This document shows positions 9,122 through 18,328 of a stretch of DNA of 64,000 nucleotides, one piece after another. Below the pieces are notes generated by a model. That model worked only from the letters and a program-made list of their open reading frames with translations, made no database searches and had not been told where the DNA came from. Every line of letters starts with the position of its first letter. The stretch's first letter is position 1. The translations under genes were made by a program, and so were the position numbers. The stretch comes from a phage: the NCBI GenBank assembly GCA_026209155.1, contig GCA_026209155.1_3056.1; one strand, written 5' to 3'.

Positions 9122-10441
9122 TCATACATAAAACACATCATAACGACCACGTGTTACACCAACATAAAGAAGCTGCTGAGCTAGTTCAGCATCTGCATAA
9201 TGAATACAAGGCGTATAGATAAAAGCACGGTCTACAGACATGCCCTGAGCTTTATGGAATGTTGATGCGGGAAGTGCTTTCACTTTACTAAACTGTGATT
9301 TAGCATCCCAAAAATCACTCCACGGAGCTTTTCCACCTTTATTCCAATTTTTATAAGTTTCTGCCGTTTTACCTAAAAATAAGTTAAACTTATACAGCTC
9401 TTCATCAGATGAAATTATTTTAATCTTTTCACGATAATATTCATCATCGCCGTAAGTTTCTACTGTTAAATCCCAATGACGAATTAGATATTCTCCAGAA
9501 ACACCACGAGCTTTAACAAATGTTGATGTATACTCTGCTTCTATAATACGAACTAATTGTCCGTTATTAAAAATAATTTCTGACACAGGCTTTCCATCAA
9601 TTTTATATGTTTTAATTAATGGTTCCTGCATTACAATAATTTCACCAACGATAAAATCTTTATCAGTTTCAAAAATCTTTTTGCGAATAATGCTATTCAA
9701 CTTATCAACAGATTTATTCGTAAATGCCATTACGCGATTTTCAAACAAATCATCTAGTGATTTAACGATTGAAAAATAATTTACCATAAAATCGCGTAAA
9801 GCGGTATCACCAGTAAATCCACGTACTCCGTGTCCGTCAACAATTTTATCATAAATCCACTTACCGTTACGAACATCAGTAGCTACATCAATAATAGGAG
9901 CATTACTGCGTTTAACTTCAGTGAGTTCACACTGATAAAAGTCTTTGTGTGTAAAGAATGGACTGATATAAGCAGTGTTTTCTCCTGGGTCAACAGGTCT
10001 AATTTGCTTATTATCGCCTATTCCAATTATAGTACACCACGGCGGAATAGTTGAAAGCAGAATTTTAAATAGCTTTCTATCATACATTGACACTTCGTCG
10101 CAGATTAATACTCTGCATTTAGCCAAATCCGGTACTTCTTTTTGCTCAAAAAGAACGTTTTCTTCGTATGTTACTGGGTTAATTTTAAGAATACTGTGAA
10201 TAGTACTCGCTTCTTTCCCTGATAGTTTTGAAAGAATCTTTTTAGCTGCGTGTGTAGGAGCTGCTAAAATAATTCCAGTTTCGCCTGTAGATATTAAGGC
10301 TTCAATGATGAACTTAGTAAGAGTAGTCTTACCGGTACCAGCAGGTCCATTAATAGTTACATGATGTTTCTTTTCTTTAATAGCCCTCATAACAATGTTA
10401 AAGGCATTTTTCTGGCCTTCGGTCAAATCATCAAATGTCAT
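9122..10441 (-). CDS. dda: Dda DNA helicase (SF1B)
   Basis: 439-aa ORF; Walker A GPAGTGKT, Walker B DEVSM, C-terminal VGVTRGR; length equals T4 Dda. Confidence 0.9.
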   Translation of the reverse strand: MTFDDLTEGQKNAFNIVMRAIKEKKHHVTINGPAGTGKTTLTKFIIEALISTGETGIILAAPTHAAKKILSKLSGKEASTIHSILKINPVTYEENVLFEQKEVPDLAKCRVLICDEVSMYDRKLFKILLSTIPPWCTIIGIGDNKQIRPVDPGENTAYISPFFTHKDFYQCELTEVKRSNAPIIDVATDVRNGKWIYDKIVDGHGVRGFTGDTALRDFMVNYFSIVKSLDDLFENRVMAFTNKSVDKLNSIIRKKIFETDKDFIVGEIIVMQEPLIKTYKIDGKPVSEIIFNNGQLVRIIEAEYTSTFVKARGVSGEYLIRHWDLTVETYGDDEYYREKIKIISSDEELYKFNLFLGKTAETYKNWNKGGKAPWSDFWDAKSQFSKVKALPASTFHKAQGMSVDRAFIYTPCIHYADAELAQQLLYVGVTRGRYDVFYV

Positions 10442-10749
10442 CGTAAATTCCCTGCAATTGGTATACTAACAATACGCCCAGTATCTAAAATTCGCCGATA
10501 TAATCTTTGTGTGTCTACATCAGGCTTAACGTGTTTAACTTCTATTTTATTAAACCAAAACTTGCGTGGAGTCTCAACTAATCTCGGAATTCCCATACCT
10601 AAAGCTAGTTGATACTGCTCTTTAAGAGTTGTAAATACTTTATCAGCAATCTCCCTTTCAAAAAATACAGCAGGGCGATGTTCATCAAGAGGAACAGGCA
10701 CCGCAAATCCATCTTTATCTCTATACACTATCGCATATACATAAAACAT
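10438..10749 (-). CDS. hypothetical protein (dda.1 position)
   Basis: 103-aa ORF overlapping dda start by 4 nt. Confidence 0.45.
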   Translation of the reverse strand: MFYVYAIVYRDKDGFAVPVPLDEHRPAVFFEREIADKVFTTLKEQYQLALGMGIPRLVETPRKFWFNKIEVKHVKPDVDTQRLYRRILDTGRIVSIPIAGNLR

Positions 10750-10750
10750 A

Positions 10751-11497
10751 TTATCCTCGGATAAGTTTAAAAATTGAACAATTTAGCGGGTATCCTCTTT
10801 TCAGTTTAAGTTTATCAATAAAAGACAAGTTTTGATACCGCTCTACACCTTGAATAATTTTATCACACATATCATATTGCATTTCTGCTTCTGACAACTT
10901 TTTCACAGTTTTCCAATCCGAGCCTTTAAGAAGAACGTTCAATTTAACAACTTCAGCGCCTTCTGCTATACGAGAACCATCAATACGAGCTTTAAGTGCT
11001 ATAATCGTTAGCTTAACGTCAGAGGTTTGTTTTGATTTAGAAAGCTGAGAAATGTGCTCAATTCGGTTTTCGCGTTTTTTCTGTATAGCTTTAATTTGAT
11101 TATAAGTCTTTTTGATTTTAGCCCATTTCTTTTCATCTAAATTTAGTTTATGAACTTTTTTCGCAGATGAACGACCAATTCGCAAAGCAAATAAATCACG
11201 CTTTTCAATCAACTCTTCTAAAGTATAATCAGAACGAAATGTATTATACTTTTTCTTTACTGCAATAACATTCCCTTTAATGTATCCAACGTTATTATCA
11301 AAACGTTCTAATGATAATTTCTCTCCTTCAATACGATTATCAAAAGGTTCTCCCGAGTAAGCGCAAACTTTCTGATCTAAAATGTTCTTAATGTAATTGA
11401 AGTCTAAGTTAAAATCTTTAGAACGTCTTTTAGCTGATGCCTGAGTATGCTCTAGACGACGTGTAATTTTACGAATTTGATTTTTAGACAGTTTCAT
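10751..11497 (-). CDS. hypothetical protein at the srd position
   Basis: 248-aa basic protein between dda.1 and modA; synteny with T4 srd, sequence identity not verified. Confidence 0.45.
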   Translation of the reverse strand: MKLSKNQIRKITRRLEHTQASAKRRSKDFNLDFNYIKNILDQKVCAYSGEPFDNRIEGEKLSLERFDNNVGYIKGNVIAVKKKYNTFRSDYTLEELIEKRDLFALRIGRSSAKKVHKLNLDEKKWAKIKKTYNQIKAIQKKRENRIEHISQLSKSKQTSDVKLTIIALKARIDGSRIAEGAEVVKLNVLLKGSDWKTVKKLSEAEMQYDMCDKIIQGVERYQNLSFIDKLKLKRGYPLNCSIFKLIRG

Positions 11498-11524
11498 ATT
11501 TTTCTCACGGACGATTAACTACTT

Positions 11525-11558
11525 ATACTATATCATTTTTACTTCAGCTTGTAAACAA
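11525..11558 (-). promoter_or_regulatory. T4-type early promoter upstream of the srd-position gene
   Basis: Plus actata 11527-11532 and gtaaac 11551-11556 (minus GTTTAC-N18-TATAGT). Confidence 0.5.
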
Positions 11559-11612
11559 CTTTATGAAAAATGCTTTAAAACTTTCATGGTATAATGAATC
11601 TAAGTCCTTCCA

Positions 11613-12215
11613 TTATAGATTAAATCCTTCAAAGTCAAGAGTATAGATAGTGTATGTTGAATACTTTTTATACTCATATCTATCCGCAATTCTAAATACA
11701 CTTCCAGCTGGTATCATTACTTCTTGTTCATCTGAAACTAATTCCATATTACGATAGCGATGACTATCCGGAAACTTAAAACTTGGACTGTATTCTTTAC
11801 AGCGTAGAGCTTTTATAGCATACTCCTGGAAATTAAATACCATAGGAGCTTTGAATTCAAAAATAACTTGTGTGTTATACTCTAAACCGGAAGCAAAATG
11901 TAGAGCTATATTTTTATCATATGAAGCTGATACTACTTTATCAAATGTAATAATATCAATTCCTTGATTTAATGCTTGTTTAGTCTCAGCTGGAACACCT
12001 CTCCAAAGAGGTTTATCGTTTGGAACCAAACGAGATTTGATTATTTCATTTAACCAAGTATGGTCATCTGGTTTATTAGTAATACAATGAATTAAAAGTT
12101 CAATTTCAGATAAATTAAACCCTTCAGAAAGTAATTCTTCACGAATAGAAGCACGCACCGATGCATCCATTGATTTTATTTTAAAATCTTTTAGTTGCAT
12201 TACTGAGTATTTCAT
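11613..12215 (-). CDS. modA: ADP-ribosyltransferase ModA
   Basis: 200-aa ORF, length and position match T4 ModA; adjacent paralog-like ModB. Confidence 0.75.
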   Translation of the reverse strand: MKYSVMQLKDFKIKSMDASVRASIREELLSEGFNLSEIELLIHCITNKPDDHTWLNEIIKSRLVPNDKPLWRGVPAETKQALNQGIDIITFDKVVSASYDKNIALHFASGLEYNTQVIFEFKAPMVFNFQEYAIKALRCKEYSPSFKFPDSHRYRNMELVSDEQEVMIPAGSVFRIADRYEYKKYSTYTIYTLDFEGFNL

Positions 12216-12835
12216 TCAACTACCTCAATATCATAAACTTTAAATGTTCCAAATGAATTGTGTAATTTTTCTTTTGAAATAGAAGTTATTTTATACTTTC
12301 CAATTGGAATCATCCATTCTTGTTCACGCACAATCATCATTAAGTTATCAGTACGCTCTGAATCTAGCCCATCAGTATCTTCATATGTGTACTTAAACTC
12401 AGTATTAGGAGAAGAAAGTATAATATCGCTGATATGGTCAGAATAATTAAAAGCTTTATCAGTTTTTAAGCGAAATATTATTTCAGTGAAATACTCAAAA
12501 TAAGAAAAACCACATGCTGTGTGCAAACTAGTAGTAAATGAATCTACTCTGTTCGTTGAAAACACTTCTCCAACTTGTAAATCTTTAATGAGTTCTTTTG
12601 TCGATTTTGATATACCACGATATAGCTGATAAGGCGATTTAGTTAAATGTTTTTTAACGATTTTATTCAACTGCTGATGAAGAGCTTCATTCTTTTTGGC
12701 TTCCATACATTGCCAAAGAACTGACTGTTCAAAGTCAGTAAATTTTTCACAGACCTTTTTATACATATCATATTGAAAATCAACGCTTTCAGCTTTTATA
12801 GATAACTGTTCAACATCTACAAGATTAATAATCAT
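12212..12835 (-). CDS. modB: ADP-ribosyltransferase ModB
   Basis: ATG at 12833-12835 with GGAGG RBS gives 207 aa (MIINLVDVEQL...), matching T4 ModB length; track ORF extends 4 codons upstream. Confidence 0.7.
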   Translation of the reverse strand: MIINLVDVEQLSIKAESVDFQYDMYKKVCEKFTDFEQSVLWQCMEAKKNEALHQQLNKIVKKHLTKSPYQLYRGISKSTKELIKDLQVGEVFSTNRVDSFTTSLHTACGFSYFEYFTEIIFRLKTDKAFNYSDHISDIILSSPNTEFKYTYEDTDGLDSERTDNLMMIVREQEWMIPIGKYKITSISKEKLHNSFGTFKVYDIEVVE

Positions 12836-12859
12836 GATAGCCTCCATATACTTCAGAAG

Positions 12860-12893
12860 CTATCATATCATTGTTAGGAAGGAAAGTAAACAA
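12860..12893 (-). promoter_or_regulatory. T4-type early promoter upstream of modB
   Basis: Plus atcata 12862-12867 and gtaaac 12886-12891. Confidence 0.5.
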
Positions 12894-12902
12894 CTTTTTG
12901 AA

Positions 12903-13085
12903 TTATTTTGCCCAGGGAGCCCAGGGCGGAGGGTCAAGATGGTATGAAGCTAGTTCTTCTAAAAGAGCATCTGGGGCTTCAATTCCATAATTCTGTAATA
13001 CTATACGGTACTCTTTCTTATAATCACTAGAATCATTCTGGATATTCGTAGAATGATTATCTTCTAACATCTCAAATAAATCCAT
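12903..13085 (-). CDS. hypothetical small protein
   Basis: 60-aa ORF. Confidence 0.35.
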   Translation of the reverse strand: MDLFEMLEDNHSTNIQNDSSDYKKEYRIVLQNYGIEAPDALLEELASYHLDPPPWAPWAK

Positions 13086-13093
13086 ATTAATTC

Positions 13094-13564
13094 CTAGCGA
13101 TAAAAACCAAAATAACGATTAGCTTCAATAATTTTTCTTTCTTCTTCGGACATTCTCCAGCGTAGTCCAACATCAAAATGAGCCCAGACCATCTTAACAA
13201 ATGCATTTATATCTTTAATATCTTCAATAATGAATGTTTTACTTTTAAAAGGTTGACTCGCTAATTTAACTTTATCATCTTCAAACAGGTCAAAAAGACC
13301 ATATTCATGAGCTCTTTTATATCCTTTAATAGTTAAAGCTTCAGAAGAAGAAAATGGTGAATCAGTATTCTGCAAAATATCTTCAGTATGCTTTATAATT
13401 AGAATAACATTTTCTGGATATTTTCTTTCTTTTATATCTTTAATTAAAAGATCCGGATTTTCTGCTAAAGGAATAATTAATGAGCACTTTTTGTCAAGCG
13501 TATTTACTGATTTACCGTCTTTAGACATAAATTCTATTGAATATAGTTTTGCTACTTCAATCAT
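13094..13564 (-). CDS. hypothetical protein
   Basis: 156-aa ORF. Confidence 0.45.
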   Translation of the reverse strand: MIEVAKLYSIEFMSKDGKSVNTLDKKCSLIIPLAENPDLLIKDIKERKYPENVILIIKHTEDILQNTDSPFSSSEALTIKGYKRAHEYGLFDLFEDDKVKLASQPFKSKTFIIEDIKDINAFVKMVWAHFDVGLRWRMSEEERKIIEANRYFGFYR

Positions 13565-13721
13565 GCGATTTCCTCTTGCCTACTAATGGGCCGTCAGGAA
13601 TTTTGTTTTCCTGGATATATTTCTCATTTTCTTCCATCATTTTACTGCCAATTTTAAGAAGCAAATCCAGTGCTTCATTTGCTTTAGCCTTGGCCTCTTC
13701 TAGCGTCATATCTTTGTTCAT
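13557..13721 (-). CDS. hypothetical small protein (54 aa)
   Basis: Not in ORF track; ATGA overlap with stop of upstream ORF and 8-nt overlap with downstream start; [27 protein letters not shown]... Confidence 0.35.
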   Translation of the reverse strand: MNKDMTLEEAKAKANEALDLLLKIGSKMMEENEKYIQENKIPDGPLVGKRKSHD

Positions 13722-13921
13722 GATTTATCCCCATAGATGTCTCTCATCAATTTAAGCGCTGAGCGTTCTAATTTCTTTTCTTTCTCAGCGCTAATCATTG
13801 ATTTCATCCATTCTTCTGATTCGTTCTGCATTTCTTTATTTGCCTGTTCAACCCAACCATCGTCAATATACATTGAGTTTGGTCTACTGAACCATTCAAG
13901 CATTTTCTTCAGAACTTTCAT
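13718..13921 (-). CDS. hypothetical small protein
   Basis: 67-aa ORF. Confidence 0.4.
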   Translation of the reverse strand: MKVLKKMLEWFSRPNSMYIDDGWVEQANKEMQNESEEWMKSMISAEKEKKLERSALKLMRDIYGDKS

Positions 13922-14414
13922 TTACTTTACCCAAAACAACAGTAGGAGCATCATCAAATTCATGAATTTTTAGCAAATTTGGATGTAAACTATTCCATAC
14001 AGAAGAAATAAAGTATGATAAAGCATCTTCACTCGCAATTATAAATTTGTTTCCTTTATCTATTTTCCAGTTATATACTGAATCGTACGAATAAAAAGAT
14101 AAGGGTTTATCATTATATTGTTCTGCGCTAACATTAATGTATTCGGATTTAGTAAATGCTTCAATTGCTCTAAACGGAATATTTGGTACAGTTTCAATAA
14201 TACCAATCTTTTTAAGTTTTATTTCAGCATCTTCTGGAACTGGCATTGAAACGAAATTTTCTACGAGATACATTGGGTCACAATAACCCTTATCAATCAT
14301 TACTGCTACTGTAATTGGAACATCTTTAGCAAACGACATACTATTACTGCTAATATACATTTCAAACAAAATCGCTTCCATAATTTTCCTCAATCGCAAG
14401 ATGTAGATGAACAA
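13896..14414 (-). CDS. hypothetical protein (start possibly internal Met giving 161 aa)
   Basis: 172-aa ORF; position corresponds to the mrh/srh block of T4. Confidence 0.45.
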   Translation of the reverse strand: MFIYILRLRKIMEAILFEMYISSNSMSFAKDVPITVAVMIDKGYCDPMYLVENFVSMPVPEDAEIKLKKIGIIETVPNIPFRAIEAFTKSEYINVSAEQYNDKPLSFYSYDSVYNWKIDKGNKFIIASEDALSYFISSVWNSLHPNLLKIHEFDDAPTVVLGKVNESSEENA

Positions 14415-14731
14415 CTAGAATCACAAGAACTTCCACACGAATCGCCCGTCCATACATGAACAGGAACATTAGTGTCATATGAATCAGAACTAGACTGTGT
14501 ATTCTGCGTATTAGATGATGTAGTAGGTGTTGACCAGCGCCAAGGATTTTTATAATATTCTTGGGCTTCTTCATAAGTCATAGTAACTGCTTCTACTGTT
14601 CCATCTCCCATATAAACATATTCAATTACGGTTAAAGGAAGGTAGTCATTTGAAATAGGAACTACACCTTCTCCAGGAGCTGTAGAGAAAAAATCCGTAA
14701 AGAAACTTTTAAACCAATTAAAGATAAACAT
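14390..14731 (-). CDS. hypothetical protein with Cys/Ser-rich C-terminal tail
   Basis: 113-aa ORF ending [18 protein letters not shown]. Confidence 0.4.
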   Translation of the reverse strand: MFIFNWFKSFFTDFFSTAPGEGVVPISNDYLPLTVIEYVYMGDGTVEAVTMTYEEAQEYYKNPWRWSTPTTSSNTQNTQSSSDSYDTNVPVHVWTGDSCGSSCDSSCSSTSCD

Positions 14732-14937
14732 TACAAAAAGCCTCTCTTGAATTCAACTTGCTTCTCACCATAATCATATCGAATCTCTGCGTTAAATTCG
14801 ACAGAACCATCTGCGTACATCATAAATGAATGCACAACAACTTCTGTAGACCATGGCTGTAGTTCATATTTCTTCATTACATGCCGTGAAATGATAATAT
14901 CTAAATCTTCATTTGGTTTAATCCAACGATTTAACAT
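14731..14937 (-). CDS. hypothetical small protein
   Basis: 68-aa ORF directly downstream of an early promoter. Confidence 0.45.
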   Translation of the reverse strand: MLNRWIKPNEDLDIIISRHVMKKYELQPWSTEVVVHSFMMYADGSVEFNAEIRYDYGEKQVEFKRGFL

Positions 14938-14961
14938 AGTGCTCTCCTCTATAAGATAATT

Positions 14962-14995
14962 TTATTATACCATACTCATTTTGGAAAGTAAACCA
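14962..14995 (-). promoter_or_regulatory. T4-type early promoter
   Basis: Plus attata 14964-14969 and gtaaac 14988-14993. Confidence 0.55.
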
Positions 14996-15000
14996 GTAAA

Positions 15001-15028
15001 ATAAAAAAGGACTCCCGAAGGAGTCCTT
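15001..15028 (-). terminator. intrinsic terminator after soc
   Basis: Hairpin aggactcc cgaa ggagtcct (15008-15027); minus-strand RNA has a UUUUUUAU tail. Confidence 0.6.
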
Positions 15029-15034
15029 GAATTA

Positions 15035-15280
15035 TTAACCGCCAGTTACTTTCCACAAATCTTCGTTTGCAGCAATCCACGCAGCACGTTGATTTTCTTC
15101 ATATACAGTAGTATATGCTGCTTTTTCTGAAGGGAATGTCTGGTAATGAGCACCAGAAATTTTGTGAACGTCAGAATAAAGAGGGAAAGCTACAGAAATT
15201 TCCTTTCCTTCAATTTTCTTATTTCCATCTAATTTCTGCTCAAATGTTTTGATATTAACATAACCGCGAGTACTAGCCAT
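15035..15280 (-). CDS. soc: small outer capsid protein Soc
   Basis: 81-aa ORF MASTRGYVNIKTFEQKLDGNKKIEGKEISVAFPLYSDVHKISGAHYQTF..., matching T4 Soc. Confidence 0.9.
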   Translation of the reverse strand: MASTRGYVNIKTFEQKLDGNKKIEGKEISVAFPLYSDVHKISGAHYQTFPSEKAAYTTVYEENQRAAWIAANEDLWKVTGG

Positions 15281-15310
15281 GTAATTCTCCTTTTATTTAA
15301 ATTACATGAT

Positions 15311-15318
15311 TATTTATA
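15311..15318 (-). promoter_or_regulatory. late promoter core TATAAATA upstream of soc
   Basis: Plus tatttata at 15311-15318, about 31 nt upstream of the soc ATG. Confidence 0.5.
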
Positions 15319-15364
15319 ATAATAATTCTCGCGGCTTTTAAGTCGTCGTTAAAAAAACGAGCTA

Positions 15365-15883
15365 TTAATAACCTCGGTCTTGACGAGCGAAGTTTTCAGC
15401 ATTTTTCAGATAATAAAGTTTAAAGATTTCTTCAGCCGTAAGACCGAGACCTTGGAACATGTTCAGAACGAAATGAAGAATATCAATCATTTCGAATTTA
15501 ATTTCCAACTGGTCTTGCGGAGACAAATCAGTAATTAGAGTTTCACGACGTTCACCATGTTGAGCTTTCCAAGGCTTCCATACAGCAGATGCATCTTTTT
15601 CGCCATTGCTCATACCGCCAAGAGAAGTTAGAAGTTCACGGAATTCATCGTCAATATAATCTTTCTGATTACGCAGCCAATCAACAACTTCACCTGCAGT
15701 AGCCAAATCATCAGGATGACGGTTATATTCAGGTTTATCTTTAGCTAAACGAACTTGCAGAGATTTCTGCATATCAAGCATAACCTGCAGTGGGTCTTTT
15801 TCATCACCGAGAATATCCCAGTATTCATTTTGAGCTTTATCAGCGCCTTCGATCAGTTGTGAACATTCATTAAAGTATGCCAT
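15365..15883 (-). CDS. 56: dCTP pyrophosphatase (dCTPase-dUTPase)
   Basis: ATG at 15881-15883 with AAGGA RBS gives 172 aa (MAYFNECSQLIEGADKAQNEYW...); the track ORF has a 31-codon upstream extension. Confidence 0.8.
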   Translation of the reverse strand: MAYFNECSQLIEGADKAQNEYWDILGDEKDPLQVMLDMQKSLQVRLAKDKPEYNRHPDDLATAGEVVDWLRNQKDYIDDEFRELLTSLGGMSNGEKDASAVWKPWKAQHGERRETLITDLSPQDQLEIKFEMIDILHFVLNMFQGLGLTAEEIFKLYYLKNAENFARQDRGY

Positions 15884-15915
15884 TATTTTTCCTTTCAATT
15901 CATGGGTTAGTAGAT

Positions 15916-15945
15916 TAATTATACAATAAATATATAAAGCAATAA
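15916..15945 (-). promoter_or_regulatory. MotA-dependent middle promoter for gene 56
   Basis: Minus strand reads ATTGCTTTA (MotA box) - 11 nt - TATAAT; plus-strand coordinates taaagcaat 15935-15943, attata 15918-15923. Confidence 0.5.
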
Positions 15946-15954
15946 GGAGGACAT

Positions 15955-16155
15955 ATGGTGCAAAAATTAATGGCACTTGTTGATGCCATCAAAGGTAATA
16001 AAAAACGTATAGCTTTTACTATTTCTGCTATGATAGGAATTTTACTTTGGAATTTTGTTTTATCGCCAGTTGCTATTGCTCATGGCGTTAGTATTCCAGT
16101 AATTACTCTTGATACATTCGTAGATTTAGCATTTGCTTTAGTTGGGTTAATTTAA
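15955..16155 (+). CDS. candidate small hydrophobic protein on the plus strand (66 aa)
   Basis: ATG at 15955 preceded by AAGGAGG (4-nt spacing); MVQKLMALVDAIKGNKKRIAFTISAMIGILLWNFVLSPVAIAHGVSIPVITLDTFVDLAFALVGLI; exactly fills the 56-61 spacer; convergent with gene 61 (4-nt overlap). Confidence 0.3.
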   Translation: MVQKLMALVDAIKGNKKRIAFTISAMIGILLWNFVLSPVAIAHGVSIPVITLDTFVDLAFALVGLI

Positions 16156-17180
16156 ATCTTAGCATATTTAGATAGCCGCATTTTAGCCATCAACCCCTGC
16201 GCAATATTATTTTTCATATATTCCATAATTTGTTCAGGGGTTGCACCTTCCTTTCTAATCATATCATTGACATCTTTTGATTTCCAGGGAGATTTATCCC
16301 AAAACATAACCCTTTCTCCTGCATCAACTAATTTAGTCATTCGTTTAATAGTGTCAGGGTGACGAGGTTCATTATCTAAAACCCATACACGTCTATCTTT
16401 AAATGGAACAATTTCTAGGTCTAATTGACCACCCGTAATAGCTATACCATTTTCAATAAAAAGTGAATCTATAGGTCCTTCTAGAACATATACATCACCA
16501 TCTTTAACCCGTTCGACTCCATAAATTTTTGTTGCCTCAGGATAAGCTTTGATGGTGATATATTTTTGGGGAGCGTCTTTCTTTAATGCACGTCCTTGAA
16601 AAGACTCAGCTTTTCCATTAGCATTATAAATTGGAATAACAAGACGAGGCTCAGGTATTTCCTTTTTATATGTTCCTGGCGCTATGCTATTAACTAATTT
16701 AGGCCATTCGGTTGTAAACCAAAGATATTTCCATTTATCCTTTGGAATACAGCGAGCTTTTACGTATTTTATAATTGGATGGTCTTCCGTCAGTTTATCT
16801 AATCTAATGCATGACGGAAGAGATTTAATTATTTTCTTCTCGGGTTGTTTAGGAAGTTCTTTAGGTTTTTCTACTGGACGACTTTTACCTTTTTCTTTTC
16901 TTATTTCAAAGATATACTCACGATATAAATCAGGTTCAAACTCCTTTAAATATATTCCGATTGGTGCATGATAGTTACAGTTATAGCAATGAATATTTCC
17001 TTCATTATTATCACCATAATACCATCCACGGGCTTTATTTTGGTCGGTTTTTGAATCTCCACAAACAGGGCATCTAAACCGTAATTTAAAAGTTGAACTA
17101 TTATTTACTTGTGTAAATTTAGGTAAATGAGCTAGCGCACGATATGCAAACTCATTATCAATCCAAGGTATTGATGACAT
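16152..17180 (-). CDS. 61: DNA primase
   Basis: 342-aa ORF, MSSIPWIDNEFAYRALAHLPKF..., zinc ribbon CPVCGD...CYNC and TOPRIM; same length as T4 gp61. Confidence 0.9.
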   Translation of the reverse strand: MSSIPWIDNEFAYRALAHLPKFTQVNNSSTFKLRFRCPVCGDSKTDQNKARGWYYGDNNEGNIHCYNCNYHAPIGIYLKEFEPDLYREYIFEIRKEKGKSRPVEKPKELPKQPEKKIIKSLPSCIRLDKLTEDHPIIKYVKARCIPKDKWKYLWFTTEWPKLVNSIAPGTYKKEIPEPRLVIPIYNANGKAESFQGRALKKDAPQKYITIKAYPEATKIYGVERVKDGDVYVLEGPIDSLFIENGIAITGGQLDLEIVPFKDRRVWVLDNEPRHPDTIKRMTKLVDAGERVMFWDKSPWKSKDVNDMIRKEGATPEQIMEYMKNNIAQGLMAKMRLSKYAKI

Positions 17181-17182
17181 TT

Positions 17183-17347
17183 TTACTCTTCTTTTTCTTT
17201 AGATTCCTCTTTTTTCTTTTTAGGAATCTGTTCAGGGCCTTTATTTACTACAGCACCTGATGTTGTTCCAGTGGAGATATTTTCAGGATTACCACCTGAA
17301 TCTCCAGCGACCATATCTTCTTTGATAAATTCTTTAAACGTTTTCAT
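17183..17347 (-). CDS. hypothetical small protein (54 aa) with MKTFKEFIKE N-terminus
   Basis: Not in ORF track; ATG 17345-17347 with GAGG RBS; MKTFKEFIKEDMVAGDSGGNPENISTGTTSGAVVNKGPEQIPKKKKEESKEKEE; occupies the 61.1 position. Confidence 0.4.
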   Translation of the reverse strand: MKTFKEFIKEDMVAGDSGGNPENISTGTTSGAVVNKGPEQIPKKKKEESKEKEE

Positions 17348-17348
17348 A

Positions 17349-17975
17349 TTAACCTCTATTCATAAAAGCGTTAAAAATTTGGTCATCAATAGAAACATTT
17401 ACTTTAGACTGTTTTTCAGATGGCAATTCATATCCACATATTACAATTTTATGATCAATATCAAAATACACAGAAGCAATATGATTAATGATATTTTCAG
17501 TGAAGTCTAAATCGACATCAATATCTTTTTGACCAAAGCCAAAAGGATAAATAATGCGAGTAATTCGATTATCTTTAACAAAGATTCCACCGACATACTC
17601 TGTACTGCGTTTAAAGTCTACACGCCGACGAAATGAAAAATATTCAGGCTCTTTATGAGCTCGGCTCATAGGACACAACGAATAACTAGAATAAGAGATG
17701 TCAAATCCTACGCCTTCGATATGAGCCAAAGTGTCATGATTAAACCAATTATAATCGTACGCCAAATCCATTAGATTATAATATGTAAAAGGCACCGGAT
17801 TAACATCATTAGTCACAAGCATATAATTAGCAACTGCTATAATTTCATTGTTTTTAACGAATACAAACCGTGATTGATGCGAATGGCCTGAACCCGCGTT
17901 TTCACGATTAATGATATAACACTGGGCACCTTTATATTTGTATGTATCTTTGCACTTGTGCATTTGATAGAGCAT
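17349..17975 (-). CDS. hypothetical protein (61.2 position)
   Basis: 208-aa ORF. Confidence 0.5.
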   Translation of the reverse strand: MLYQMHKCKDTYKYKGAQCYIINRENAGSGHSHQSRFVFVKNNEIIAVANYMLVTNDVNPVPFTYYNLMDLAYDYNWFNHDTLAHIEGVGFDISYSSYSLCPMSRAHKEPEYFSFRRRVDFKRSTEYVGGIFVKDNRITRIIYPFGFGQKDIDVDLDFTENIINHIASVYFDIDHKIVICGYELPSEKQSKVNVSIDDQIFNAFMNRG

Positions 17976-18268
17976 TATTCACCTACCACTTCAGCGATGA
18001 TATTTTTGTTATTAAAGTTTTTATCGCAATACAGAACATAATTATACTGCATTACACCACCAGACTTAAGTTGTTTTTGCACTTCAGCTTTCATTTCAGG
18101 ACGATCGCGCTCAACGATATTCATAATATCCGCTTCAATTTGAGTTTCAACTTCAGTCTGATCCGCAGTCATAGACCATTCGCACAAATCTTTATCATAA
18201 CCTGCCATAGCAGGCTGAGCAGCACAAGAAGCTAAAGCAAAAATTGCGGCAAAGATAAATTTTTTCAT
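17975..18268 (-). CDS. sp: Spackle periplasmic protein
   Basis: 97-aa ORF with signal peptide MKKFIFAAIFALASCAAQPAMA; size and position match T4 sp (61.3). Confidence 0.65.
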   Translation of the reverse strand: MKKFIFAAIFALASCAAQPAMAGYDKDLCEWSMTADQTEVETQIEADIMNIVERDRPEMKAEVQKQLKSGGVMQYNYVLYCDKNFNNKNIIAEVVGE

Positions 18269-18294
18269 GATAATCTCCTCAGTAGTTTATGTTT

Positions 18295-18328
18295 ATATAG
18301 TATCTCAATTTCCAACAAAAGTAAACAG
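18295..18328 (-). promoter_or_regulatory. T4-type early promoter upstream of sp
   Basis: Plus atagta 18297-18302 and gtaaac 18321-18326. Confidence 0.5.

Noticed and set aside
14362-14574. 70-aa minus-strand ORF
   Set aside because: Alternative frame inside the 113-aa and 172-aa ORFs.
15884-15976. N-terminal extensions in the ORF track (e.g. gene 56 as 203 aa, gene 55, denV, gene 39, gene 40, 7373..7912)
   Set aside because: The track accepts GTG/TTG or upstream in-frame codons; the ATG with a Shine-Dalgarno sequence that reproduces the known T4 protein N-terminus was used instead.
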